From NCBI GenBank assembly GCA_010093745.1, contig MU005988.1, positions 124,001-184,885 on the forward strand: a stretch of 60,885 bases of DNA, given 5' to 3'. A program made the translations under genes and the position numbers. Shown here in pieces: positions 12,682 to 24,585 of this stretch. Below the pieces are notes generated by a model. It was not told the DNA's origin. It saw nothing but the letters and a program-made list of their open reading frames with translations, and did not search any database. Origin of the DNA: Piedraia hortae CBS 480.64 (taxonomy: Eukaryota). Positions within the stretch are counted from its first letter, which is position 1. Each line of letters starts with the position of its first letter.

Positions 12682-13865
12682 TCACGCAATAACTTCTACA
12701 TTCTTGTCAGTTACAGCGTCAAGTGATGCCAACCAAGAGGGTCCAACTTGATAAGTCCCTCGGGAAGGCTCGTAATAGTCAAAGTTGTGGTCCACGGGCA
12801 TATGCGGTAGTGGATTTAACAAACCAATTCCCATTTGTCCCAGCTTGGGACTCGCCCCTGACAGAGCAGCAAAGTCAGTGAAACCGAGCGCACACTTGGG
12901 CGAACCTTGGGGTTCATGCACCGGTCTCCAGTCGGAGGTGGTTGGTCCGCACGGCCCTAGGCGTCTGTCGGCGGGAATAGAAACGGACCTCGAAAGGGTT
13001 GCACTGACTGGGCTCGACGTTTCCGGAGCATGAGTACACGACGTTGATTTCTGCCTAGTGGCAGGCCCCGAGGTTATCAGTGAATAAGTATGCGCCATTG
13101 GTTGCTGCCTGTGTGTCGTCATGAAATTTTCGAAGGCTTCTTTAGGAAGTAAGGTATCGTCGTCGCCACCTGGCGCATGGGTTAATATGCAGTCAGCGGA
13201 AGGAGACGGCAGGTCCACGTTGCTCCATAAATAAGACATCATGTCTAGGTGCTCAAAATCGAAGCCATCTGTGTTGCTGCCACTGTCCAATTGTTCCCAC
13301 CAAGGCAGGTTCGCATAACTGTTGCTTAGCAGATACTCTCCAGGAGACGCATGTCCGTGGCCAGGTGAGCTATTGGTCGATGATAGACGAGCAGATGGGA
13401 ATTGATCATATGGCAATGGAACATTTGGTGACTGAACCTGTAAAGGTTCTGCGCTTAACCATTGATCATGGTTTGGTTGAGCATGCTGCAGCTGGGAGAA
13501 TTGCCATGAAGAAGATGGTAGCCCGGCTGGTAGCGGTTGTGGATCGTGGCCTGAGCCGTCCTGACCAGAGACTAACGTATGAGGCCTTAGAGGCGGGTTA
13601 TCGACGGGGGCCAGAGCGTTTCGAGTCCGCATTTGTAGCCCTGCAAGGCGTCGATCACGTTCCCTGATGTTTCGTAGCCGAGCATCTTTTGCTCTGGCAT
13701 TTTGAACCAGTTAGTGACCCTGTTCACAGGAATGCACAATTCGGAGGCGATATTCACCCTCGCGCCGTGCGTGGGTCTACTATTCAACTGATAAATACCT
13801 TGCAAATATCTGCGTTGGTCGGGAGTCATTCGCGGACGCGAGCCGTTGCTGTCAACGTGCTCCAT
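12682..13865 (-). pseudogene. Homeobox transcription factor split by a 1-nt deletion at ~13703 (pseudogene or assembly error); ~394 aa if repaired
   Basis: RPRMTPDQRRYLQGIYQLNSRP..IASEL..RVTNWF is a homeodomain. Restoring one C after TTC gives WFQNARAK and fuses in frame with ORF 13632-12682. Confidence 0.8.
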
Positions 13866-14796
13866 TTGGTTAGGTTGGCCAGCCGGTTGCGGGTAGATGA
13901 CGTGTGTCGTGGAGTAAGGTGGAAAGAGTATAACAATTCTGTGGCTGCGGATTCACAAGAGAGAGCGGCAGCAAGCTTCCCGTGCGAAGGGAATGACTAC
14001 CTATCGTGGTCTTCGCGAACTTTTGCGTAACCTCAAAGTTTCCCCTTTTCACGTAAACTGTGAGGCTGTGAGGGCATTGCTAATGGAATGTGGCCTCGGA
14101 TTCATTTCATCGGCGAAGTGAGACTTATTTACCTTACCACTCGGAGCAGAGCTTGGATTTAGGTTACAGTCTGCATGCGAGAACGATTATTTTCGAAACA
14201 GGCAGGGCTGAACGTATGGCGTGCCTCGCAGTTGATAGCTGCAGGTGTGCAGTGCGTACCTGGGTAAGAGCATTCATGTCCGCAAAGGTCTTGCGCCGTG
14301 GAGGAAGTGCTCTTGGTGACGAGTGGATAAGCGTTCGTGAGTCTGTAAATGTGAGGCTAGCTAAGAGGAACGTGCACGAGTGACATGCCAAGATGCCCCA
14401 CAGCGGAGACGTTGGCCGCAACCAACGTCTGCAATCATCTAGCGACAACAGCGGGGAGTGCAGGGCGTTTATCGACCGGCCTTTCGGTAAATCCCCAGTG
14501 CCGCACGAATTACTGACCAAGGCCAAAGGGGCTGATGTGTCAGCCCATCCAAACGCTTTGTTCAGTGCATCCTGCGTGAACGAACGCGGGGACGCCCATG
14601 TGATTCCGAATGGGCGAACGTGGTTTAAGTTTAGCAAAGGCATGCGAGGTCCCTAACGAATCTTCATATGCCGGCCACTCCCACGTGGTGTCGAGAAGGC
14701 TGAGGCTATGATAACTCGAAAGAATTAATGGCTGAGCCGCGTTATGTCCCGTGCAGACGTCCGTTGATCATCATCCTATCTTTCACGATCATACTC

Positions 14797-15584
14797 TTAG
14801 CCTATTCGAACCTGCACTCCGCTTTGATCGACACTCAGAACCTCTAGATTTCTCAAATCCTTCACCACCCAATGCGCCCCCTCACTCCTCACCTTTTCGT
14901 CTGTATGCGTCGTCGTTAATGCAAGCACTTTGCATCCAGCATTGACCCCCGCCTTAACCCCTGCTGGAGAATCCTCAATGACCAAACATTCTGCAGGATC
15001 AACTCCCAGCCTTTTCGCAGCAAGGCAGTAACCCTCAGGATCGGGCTTACCTACACTGACATCCTCTGCTGTGACGCAGACGTGTGGCTTTGCGAGGCTT
15101 AAACAATTCAGCCAACCATTCACCAGCGCTCGCGAGCCCGAGGTTATGATTGCCCAGTTACCACGACCAGTGGCAGTGTTGGCATCATCGTGACGTACTG
15201 CCTCATGCTTCTGCAGCATATCCAAGACTTCTCTTGTCCCCGCGATGGCAATAGCATCGTTACCATACCGCACGGGGATATCCCCTTCTGCACTATGAAC
15301 GAATTCCCATGTGGTCATGTCGGCGGGGAGGTTGAGACGTTTCATGGTATCGATTGTGCGACGGCCATGGGAGGTTTCGAGAATCCTTGACACGGGGATT
15401 CCCGTCTGTTCGCTGATACCTGTCCAGAACTGGGGCGTGAACACGCACCTTTGATGCTTCGTTCTCGGGAACCTCTTACCTTGACGATGGCTGGTGTGCT
15501 GTCAATCAATGTCCCGTCCATGTCGAAGAGGAGGGCGGAGAATACATGGGTTTCGCCCATTTTGTATTTGGATATGCTAGCCAT
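14797..15584 (-). CDS. HAD-superfamily sugar phosphatase (glycerol-3-phosphatase / 2-deoxyglucose-6-phosphatase, GPP/DOG family); exons 15584-15480, 15429-14797
   Basis: LFDMDGTLIDS, SHGRRTID, GKPDPEGY and VIEDSPAGV HAD motifs. Confidence 0.9.
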
Positions 15585-15933
15585 TCTGTTTATTTGTTTC
15601 GCAGAGGCGACAAGACGAAAGGCGGGGACGAACCGTTGGAACGCGCACCTACATTTTCGACGACCCATCTCCTCAATCTGTGATCATCTAGACGTCCATG
15701 CCTAGTGCGTAGAACAAAAAGTCCACGTAAGCATGTTTTGGGTGGAATCAAATCTTTATTTCTAGCCCAAGGAAAAGTCTTGCTACAGGAATAAGGCTAA
15801 CATGGTTCAACTTGCCATGGCAATGCCAGATCCACCTCTTCAGCACGTCATCTGAACGGCCATTGCGTGCTACATACCGCCCGGGGTCCGTATTCCCCAA
15901 ACACGGGAGGGAGACTGGGTAGGATATTTCTAA

Positions 15934-18923
15934 CTAGGCATAATCATCAATACTTGCCCAGCCCTTGAGGGAACCCAGGCTGAGGGCTAGACCCTGGGAG
16001 CGCGATCGGATGCGCATAAAGCCCGTGATGTGCGGCGTCTGCTTGCCGTCCTCTCCCGTCTCGCGCTCAACCGACAGGTTCGCGAGAACGTCCTCTCCTG
16101 TTTTCTATTAGGCGGGGGGGGGGACTCCAATTGATCGGAAGCGGATAAACTCACCGAAAACGCTCCTCGCGTACAGGTTCGCCGAGAGGAACTGGCATTC
16201 CCCTCCCAGGCCGGCCTCGGGCGTTAGGCAGGTCATGTGCGTGAGCTTCATAACGGCTTCCAAGAACGCCCTCGGCGTCCTGATTTCCTTTACGGCAGCG
16301 TTGATGTTGACTTTGTTCTCCCACTCAAACTCGGTCCACATGGAGCGGAACTGCGTCTCTGAGCATTGGGCGGGGGATATGTAGTCCATGACGTCTACGT
16401 GGACGTCGTTGAGGATCACGACGTTGGATTCGGTCGACGTGGCGCCGTCGTAGACGACATTACCAAAGATGACGCCCGTGTCAGTGCTGGAAACCTTGAC
16501 CGTGGCCTGCACGTTGAGGAAGTCCATGCCGGGCAAGTTCTGCGTCGTTGGCCGCTCAACAACTTTGAGGTCGCCGAGAGTCGCGAACTCGACCGTAAGG
16601 TTCTGCAGCGTCTCGTGTGTCTGGTTGACAAGCATGACGTCGAGGATGATGTCGAACTGGTGCACTTGGACGTAGGCCTCGGCGTAGACAGGGTCGGAAA
16701 AGCCCGTCAGCTGCACGACGCGGCTGAGCTTGGAGGTGAGATCCTCGCTGGCGCCGGCATCACCGCCTGTGGCCTTTTCGACGTCCGTCTCCATGAAATC
16801 GCCGCCGTCGAGGCCAAGCGCCTTCCTGGACAGCTGGCGGATAGGGACCACGTGGTCGACTTGGACGGCCGACCGCGCCTTGACCCTCAGCTCCTGCTCA
16901 TGCCGCTTCCTCTCCTCTACGCGAACCATGTCCCGGAAGGCCCGGCGCGTGTCGTCGAGGAAGGCGACCTTGACGTCTTTGGTGCGGGAGAACTCGGCCA
17001 GAGCGCGCACGCACGTCATGATGCGGTCTACAGAGTCCTCGTCAATGGGCTGCTTTGCAAACTGCGACTGGCCGGCGCGGATGATGGAGATCATAATGAG
17101 CATGGCCTCGGCGCCGAGAGCGTTGGTGCGGGCGGCGTCGTTGGAGATGGTTGCGTGGCGCATGACGAGCTTCGCCAGCGTGCTGGAGAGGACGGTGGCG
17201 AGGAAGAAATCGCCATCGAGGATGAGCTGCCGCAGCGGTGGCTTCTGCGCCGCCCGGACCGCGTCCAGTCGCGACTTGGCCGCCGACTGGCTGGTGAGGG
17301 CGGATTCGGTGGCATACGTGCCGTCCGCCAGGATTTTTCTGCTCCCCGTCGGCTCCGCCTTGGCCTTGACCGGTTCCGCCTCCTCCTCTTCCGGCTCTTG
17401 CAGCAACCTGGCCTCCGAGGCCACGATGGGAACCTCGCCGATGCTGGCCCGGATGCGCTTCCACGCGTCTCGGACGTCCTTCTCTTCCAAAGCGTACTCG
17501 CCTACGATCCATAAGATGCCTCGGTACACCTTTCCCGCCCGCACCTCAGCCAGCGTCTCCACCAGCCGGCTGATGATGCCGCTTCGCATGGCGGGGAACT
17601 TTTCGACGATTTCCTTGACAAACGAGATGACGTCGACGGCCGAGGCGTTGTTGAAGTCGGAGATGAAGTCCATCAGCGACCCAACGACGCTCTGGGCCAT
17701 ATCGGAGTGGTTGATGGCGATTTGGTGGATGCTGTGGATCACGAGGCTGCGATATTCGCCCGTCTTCTCGTACTGTTCGTTGACCGTTTTGGCCAGCTCC
17801 TTCTTTAGCAGCATGACGACCTCGTCGACGTTCCGCGAGCTGACCATGTCCATGGCGAGCTCCAGCGCCTTCTTGCGAACATCAAGATCGGGAGAGGTGA
17901 GGACGCGCAGGACGTCCATGGCGAGGTCGTCGAAGACGCCTTCGTTCTCCTGCCGCAAGCTGTTGACCTTTTCCAGCACAATCAGTTTGACGTTGTTGTC
18001 GCTCTCGCGGATGGCGAGCTCGATGAACTTGGCTGCCGCCGCCTTGACGGCCACGGGGTTGCTGGTGAGGGCCGTGAGCGACGAGGCGGCCTCGTATACG
18101 ACGGTGCTTTCCTTGGCATCCAGCAAGTCGAAAATGAGGCGCAGGTAGCGCGCCTTGTTCTGCGTGTTCAGCACCGCATCGCGGCGCACAAACTCGAGCT
18201 CGACCAGCTGCAGTAGCTCGCTGGCGTTCGGGATTCCCTCAAACACGCTCGACAGATACTCGAGCGCGCGTTCGTGGCTGATGTTCATGAGCGCCGCGAA
18301 AGCATTGCGCTTGCATGTATTGTCTGCCTCCGCCTCGAGAAACTGCAGGATGAGCTGGTCGGCGTCGGGCATCAAGTGTTCGCTGTGCTGGTGGATGGCG
18401 GCCACGGCAAGCACCGCATTCTTGCGTACGTACGAGTGGCGATGCAGCAGACAGTCCCTCGCCGGCTGCAGCAGCGGTTCTAGCAAGTCGGGCTCCCGCA
18501 GCTTCGCCAGGAAGCGCAGCGTGTTGCCCCGGACGAACTCGTTGTGGTGCTGGAGGTCGGATCGGATGCCGTTGCTGCACCGTTAGCACTGACTCCGCCG
18601 TTTGGGCCTCTGTCTTACCAGACCAGGATCATCTCTTGCTTCAGCTTCCCCTGCGCGTCCAGCTTCGGGCAAATCTCATAGTACAGGTACAGCAGCTTCT
18701 TCAGCGGCTTGCTCTTGCTCGGCATGACAAAGCGGATTATGTGCATCAGCAGCTGCGGCATAGGGTTGCCGTTGAGCATCGCCGTCAGAATGCGCTTCAT
18801 CGTCTCCACCTTGGACTCGTCGTTGCCCTTTTCCAGCTGCGTACGGAGGTCCGCCACCGACGGCTGGTTGGCCGCATTGTCCTGGTGCACCAGGCTGTAG
18901 GCATTTTCCAGAAACGTTGCCAT
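15934..18923 (-). CDS. SEC26: Coatomer subunit beta (COPB); exons 18923-18619, 18574-16155, 16097-15934
   Basis: MATFLENAYSLVH, LLMHIIRFVMPS, QLTGFSDPVYAEAY, FRSMWTEFEWENK and RIRSRSQGLALSLG. The last few codons are uncertain. Confidence 0.96.
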
Positions 18924-19064
18924 TCTGGTGTGGTCGACGCTCCCCCCCCGCCGTGGTGGTGTCGGCCGACAGCTGTCTGTCGGCGACTTTTGGCGCGGAC
19001 ACGACTTGTGGCTAACAGTCTTGGCACGCACCGCGCTCCAACAGCAAAAGACCGGGCCCGCGAC

Positions 19065-19717
19065 ATGGCGGCCGTCCAAGACCCGTTCTACATCAGATAC
19101 TAGTGCGTCTACAACCGTTCGGGCGAGAGATGCGACTAATAGCCCAGCTCCGGTCACTCTGGACGCTACGGGCATGAATTTCTCGGTATCATCCACCACA
19201 TCACGTTCACAAACACGTCTGATCGTCACCCAGAGTTCGATTTCCGTGCGTCAGAAGACGGCCGGCTGGCCGTAGCCCGGTATGCAAACAATTCCAACTA
19301 CCGCAACGATTCCCTCATCCGCAAAGAGAGTGAGCAGCCCGACAAAGGCCATTGGCAGAGACGCTAAACATGCCAGTGTGTGTGTCCGCAGCAACGATGG
19401 CGGAGCTGAAGCGCATCATCGCCGACAGCGACATCCTGCAGGAAGACGACGCGCGGTGGCCGCAGCGCAACAAGGACGGCAGGCAGGAGCTCGAAATTCG
19501 CCTCGGATCGGAGCACATTTCGTTTGAAGTGAGTCCCCGAAGAAGTGTTTCTTTCGATCCGCCTGACCAATCATAGACGGCCAAGATCGGATCCCTGATC
19601 GACGTCAACGCGTCAGACGACCCAGAGGGCCTGCGCGTCTTCTACTACCTGGTGCAAGATCTAAAGGCCATCGTCTTTTCGCTGATCGCACTGCACTTCA
19701 AGATAAAACCCATCTGA
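19065..19717 (+). CDS. Mago nashi, exon junction complex core; exons 19065-19102, 19148-19185, 19234-19329, 19377-19528, 19577-19717
   Basis: Spliced 154-aa product: [60 protein letters not shown]. Confidence 0.95.
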
Positions 19718-19820
19718 GCGGATGCATGGAATACAAGCGATACCCAAACCTTAGAAGTACAAACGTTAAAAAAAACAAACGCTCATACGCTACCATCGAA
19801 CACAGCCAGCGGATTAAACA

Positions 19821-20627
19821 TCAACAAAACTCCCAGGCCGGGGTGCGCCCCCTGTCGTCCACCCACCGGAGCTCCAGCTTTTGGTCACGCGCGCTCTTTT
19901 TGTGATAATAGCAGCCATCAATCTTCCGCTCTTTCTGATCAAAACAGATGTAATAGAAGCCCTCAAACGACGCGCCGTTAAGCTTCGTGACTTTGTGATC
20001 CGGGACAAGGAAGAACTCTTTCCACCGCATAAACACGTACCTGTCGCTCGCCTTCAGCTTCTCCCTGAGTAAAGATTTATTGAAGCCGGGGAACTCCTGC
20101 CAATGCTTCAAGTCGTTCTTTTCCGAGCTGCCCCAGGCGCGCGCCGTGTCTGTAAAAGTGTAACGGCCGTGGCCGATGATCTCGCCCTGAAAGAAGGTTG
20201 TCAAGGTGGGATGGTCCTCGGTGAGGCCCTGGATGCTGAGATAGCCCTCGACGAACGAGGCCGCCATGTCCACGTGTTTGAGGCTTACGTTGACGTCGTA
20301 ATTTTGCCTCTCGGACCGCTGCATGCCTTTGAACTCGCTGTCCGGCCGAAAGATGGTCGACATCAGCTTGGGCGTCGTGACCAATGGGTCAAGGCAGATG
20401 TATTGGTTACAAGTAACGTCCGGCCGGGACAGTACGGCTTCGGACTCGCTGTCGCTGTCGCTTTCCGCCGCCGGTGTCTCGTCATCTTCGTCTGTCGAGG
20501 ACGAGTAGTGCTCGATGCCCGATGAGTAAGCGTTGCGGCGGTGATGCCGTATGCTATAGCGCTGGTTTGCCAGCAATATCCGCCGAAGGCTGTCGTCTGG
20601 GCAATTTCTGCTGTTGGCTTCAGGCAT
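19821..20627 (-). CDS. GID4: GID complex substrate receptor, Gid4/Vid24 family
   Basis: GYLSIQGLTEDHPTLTTFFQGEII, VFMRWKEFFLVP and GASFEGFYYICF motifs. First in-frame ATG is at 20627. Confidence 0.88.
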   Translation of the reverse strand: MPEANSRNCPDDSLRRILLANQRYSIRHHRRNAYSSGIEHYSSSTDEDDETPAAESDSDSESEAVLSRPDVTCNQYICLDPLVTTPKLMSTIFRPDSEFKGMQRSERQNYDVNVSLKHVDMAASFVEGYLSIQGLTEDHPTLTTFFQGEIIGHGRYTFTDTARAWGSSEKNDLKHWQEFPGFNKSLLREKLKASDRYVFMRWKEFFLVPDHKVTKLNGASFEGFYYICFDQKERKIDGCYYHKKSARDQKLELRWVDDRGRTPAWEFC

Positions 20628-20832
20628 GGTTGGGAGGTAATGGAAGCTCGAATGACGCTGCTGCGAAGTTAACGTTGGGACGAGAGTCACGTGGAGTAGT
20701 CATTCCATAGGAGTTGTCGGTCTCGATGGACATAACTCAGGGTGGATAGCAGTAATTCGTCAGCCAGTAGCCGTGGCATCTGGCGGAGCAATCATCTTAC
20801 GCGGCATATGGTTAGTCGCCCACATTTCTGGT

Positions 20833-21498
20833 CTATATTCGCTCCAGGAAACCCCGTTCTATCAACCCCTCAACGTCGAGCAGCCTCACAAACAGCTGAC
20901 TGTTCTTCACGAGGCTCAGCGATCCATACTCTGTCTGAATCTCTCCCGCGTCCTTGAGAACCCTGACATCGACGTGCACATCTCGCGGCGGCGCGAGATC
21001 CCCTGTCAGGTCGATTTCCGTCCACGCGCCCTTCATCGCCGCCAGCAAATTGCCGTAGTTTTGCATGTATTGTTCCTCTTCGGAGCTCAAATTCGCTGTA
21101 GACGGTGTTCCCTGGGCCCCAGATGGCACCCTTGCCGCTGTTACCCGATGATTTGCTCCGCCGCTCCCTCCCCAGAGCGTGCCCTCGATTTTCTCAACGC
21201 GTCCACGGTGGTAGGCGAGGAGACAACGCTTATTCCGCCTCATGGCGAGGTGATTTACTAGCAGCGCGCACGCCGTGGCTGGATCCTGCGAGGGGACGAA
21301 GCCCGAAGACTGGATCCCTTGCGAGGATCTGGCGTGGCTGCTATTGAAAGGGGAGAGTAGAGACATGTTTTCCCCATCCAGATCTCGCACTTCCTTTACG
21401 CTTGTCCGCACAACCCCCGAGTTGTAGGGGGGCAATTGGGGGAGAGAAGGGAGACGAACGGTTTCGTTCATCAAGGGAAGACATGTATCGCCGTACAT
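20833..21498 (-). CDS. PSF1: GINS complex subunit Psf1
   Basis: MYGD start; HLAMRRNKRCLLAYH; DVRVLKDAGEIQTEYG; VEGLIERGFL. Confidence 0.95.
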   Translation of the reverse strand: MYGDTCLPLMNETVRLPSLPQLPPYNSGVVRTSVKEVRDLDGENMSLLSPFNSSHARSSQGIQSSGFVPSQDPATACALLVNHLAMRRNKRCLLAYHRGRVEKIEGTLWGGSGGANHRVTAARVPSGAQGTPSTANLSSEEEQYMQNYGNLLAAMKGAWTEIDLTGDLAPPRDVHVDVRVLKDAGEIQTEYGSLSLVKNSQLFVRLLDVEGLIERGFLERI

Positions 21499-21684
21499 TT
21501 TCCCCCCACCCTTCTAGTGGAGTGTGATCGAGTTGTTGGTCGACAACGACTTACGATAGGTTGGAGAAGGTGGGGCGAACATATGCCAACTCTTGGCATC
21601 GCACTTCAAACCTTGTTGGGACATCAGGAGGCATTGGGGAATCGTTTCAAGGTTTTCTACTCTGCTCGTAAGCCACTTTGGCTC

Positions 21685-23789
21685 CTATGCACCGTTCTCG
21701 TAAGCTGCGGTCGGCGTGCCGCCAATCTTAGGAGCGGGAATGGGAGAGCTTGACATTGGCTCCAATTCGTTTCCATCGTGGAAGGCGCGCTTTTGGGGAA
21801 TGACACGTTCGGCCGTCTTGTGAGTCGGGCTGGGGTCGAGGGCCGTAATCGGCTGGAGGATTACGCCATCCTTGGGGGCTAGGCCCTGCGCTTGGTCATG
21901 CTTCTTCGGAATTGACGAGCTTCCCGCCGGCCACGGGCCAGCCATACCATCCTCCACCAGGTCGACGCGATCGTTGCCCGTGAGGTGGTTGACCGTCGAG
22001 CTGGCCCTGCGGAAAAGGCCATCCTCGCCAGCCGGCTGCGCGGCCACGGCGGCTTGGTCGAAGCCGCTGGTCGTAGTTCTGGCCGGGGGCAGCCCCAATG
22101 CCGTGGCGGCTGAGGTGTGAGACTGCTCGTGCTGCTCGTAGTGTGCCCTCAAAGCATCGTTGCGGGCGATTCCATTGGCGGCCGCTGCGGGAGACCGTTG
22201 CACGATCCACGAAGCTTCAGCCGGTTCCAAAACGGCATGGCTCGGGCGGTCCAGCTTCACCTCTTTGAATTCTTTGGTCACGCACTTGGAGCAGTGGAAG
22301 GTGGACGGAATGCTACCGGGGGACAGACCCGAACAGGCCGTGTGCTGCCACACGCCGCACTTATCGCAAGCCACCGAGTGAGTGCCATCGTCGATGTTCT
22401 TCCCGCGCTGGCCGCAGGGCGAACAGTCAAACTCCCAAGACCGCGACGATGACTCTTGGGGCAAAGACGGCGGCTCCGTGGCCGGCGGGAAGGAAGAGGT
22501 GGACTCGCCCACCACGAACTCGTCTGGGCTCTCTGCCAGCAACTTCTGCTGTTCACGCTGCTTGGCGCGCGTTCCCCGGGTCATGGGACGGGCATCCGTG
22601 GCTTTGGCCGCGCGCTTTTGCTCTTGGCGAGCCTCTTGGAGCCCCATTTCGGCTTCTCGCATCTCTTTCTCGCGACGCGCTTTTTCTGCCTTGTCGGCCA
22701 GACGTGACGATCTCTTGGCCGTCGCCTTTTGCGCTTCCATATCCTGCTGGCGCAACTTCTTGGCTGCGCGGGCTGAACGCTCCTCCATGGCTTCCACGAT
22801 AAGTGGCCGCACGGTGGTGGCGAGCTGTCGGCGGAGTTCTTTTTCATTGTCGTTCCGCGACTTGGCCCATTTTTCGATAAGTTCGTCATACTCTGCCAGC
22901 GTTATGGCAACGCAGCTGAAAGTCTCTTCCGTGAAGCCGTAGCCGGCCTCTTCCGTTAGCATCGACTCGTCCGCGATTCCCTGTTCTGCGCCCGCATCGG
23001 CATCGGCGTCTTCCTCTGCCTTTGCTCTGCCTTTGCCCTTGCCCTTGCCCTTGCCCTTCCCTCTTCCTTTTGCCTTAGCCTTGGTAGCTCCGGCCCTTGC
23101 CTTGGGCTTCGGCGGTAGGGGCTTGTCTTCCCGTCTGTAAAGACGGTAGTCGTCCAACACGTAATAGGCGGCTTGGTTCGCATCGTAGCCCACTGCTGTC
23201 ATACGCCAATTGTAGCTGTCCCTCTCCTCTTTGGGGTCTTCGGTGCGCAGGGCCTTTGGAGCAGCCAATGCCCAGTTACTCAGTTGGTGAAGGACTTTGA
23301 CCCGCGTGAATATGTCGAGTTCGTTGAAGTCAATCGGGCTTTCCCTATCGCCGAATGGATTCAGGTGAGGTCCACGACGGCGATACTGATTACGTAGCTG
23401 ATCGCTGAAGATGGCCATGCTGTGTCCGTCAGCGCCTCCGGAGCTTTCGAGCCGGATGGGAAAACTTACGTCAAGCCACGGTTAGACGAAAACTTTTTGA
23501 GGAACTCCAGACCAATCTCGGCAAGCTTCGGCGACGGTTCTGCCTTGAGGCACTCTTCCTCGAAAGCCTAGACTGATAAGCACGGGCTCCTGGGAAGGCT
23601 GCTTGTTCTCACCTCGATCGTGAAGTCCTCGTCGATCTTCATGCGGTGGCCAAACAGATAGATCGCCTGGTTAACTGCGGCAAACTGCCACATGTTGCGC
23701 AGTTTGCGCAAGATCCCTACATCTTGCGCCGACAAATCTGGAGCCTGCGGAGCCTCCATCTCCTGCGCTTTGCGCTTGAGACGAGGCAT
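21685..23789 (-). CDS. PHD-finger chromatin protein (WHIM-type, ISWI-accessory-like); exons 23789-23613, 23567-23470, 23419-21685
   Basis: LRNMWQFAAVNQ, WRMTAVGYD..YYVLDDYRLYR, a coiled coil and PHD finger CSPCG..VACDKCGVWQHTAC..FHCSKC; two canonical introns. Confidence 0.8.
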
Positions 23790-24585
23790 GCTGCCGAGGT
23801 GAATCGGCGCCAGACGCGAACGATTGTGTCGAATACTTCAGCAGTGTGAACCGAGATCAGCGGAGACGGTGGGTCGGACTGCAGTGGAGAAGAGTCGGGC
23901 ATGTCAGAACGCCGCCCTACGCGTCAAATGTCGGAAAACGCGTTGCATGTGGGATGCGGGAGGCTCGGGCCGGGACCGCCCTCTACCTACCCCCGGAAAC
24001 CCATAACGACACTTTGCATTACTCTTTGTACCATCTCAAGACGCGTTTCTACCAGCGCCCCTTGTTCATCTCACAGTCTGCTATCACAGCAGTTTGTCTG
24101 TTTGGAAACTTGTTCTGGGATTCTTTCCATTTTATCAAGGCCATATCAAAGGCATCTCGTGTCAACAGCCAATGAAAGTACTAGGTACGTAGCTCTTGTG
24201 GAAGGGTTCTGCGACGATATCCCATCATCTAAAGACGTGAAAATGCTGCTGCATTCATACAGCATTCGTCAGAGGACTGCCCAGGCCCTCGTTAAAAGGG
24301 TCGCCAAGCCCTTCCCCGCGCGAACCTTTGACTTTACGCCATGAAACGCGACGCGACCAGCCGCCCTTTACGGGGCGCCCATCTCACCTCGCGTAAGTGT
24401 TGCCCTCATGGAGCTGCTCCCGTGAGGAGACGGCCCACACGTAGTTTTACCCCAATAGTTTACCCTGGCCATGGCGCAAGTAACAAAGATGGCGTTGCTG
24501 CGGCTACAAATTAAAGTTAGAGCCCCCCTCCCGTGACGCTCAGGAACGGCACGCGACTGTTCGCTCCTTCCCGCGCTCTTGCACC

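Noticed and set aside
16366..18148. Long plus-strand ORFs (382 and 472 aa)
   Set aside because: Antisense shadows of the GC3-rich SEC26 CDS; no independent motifs.
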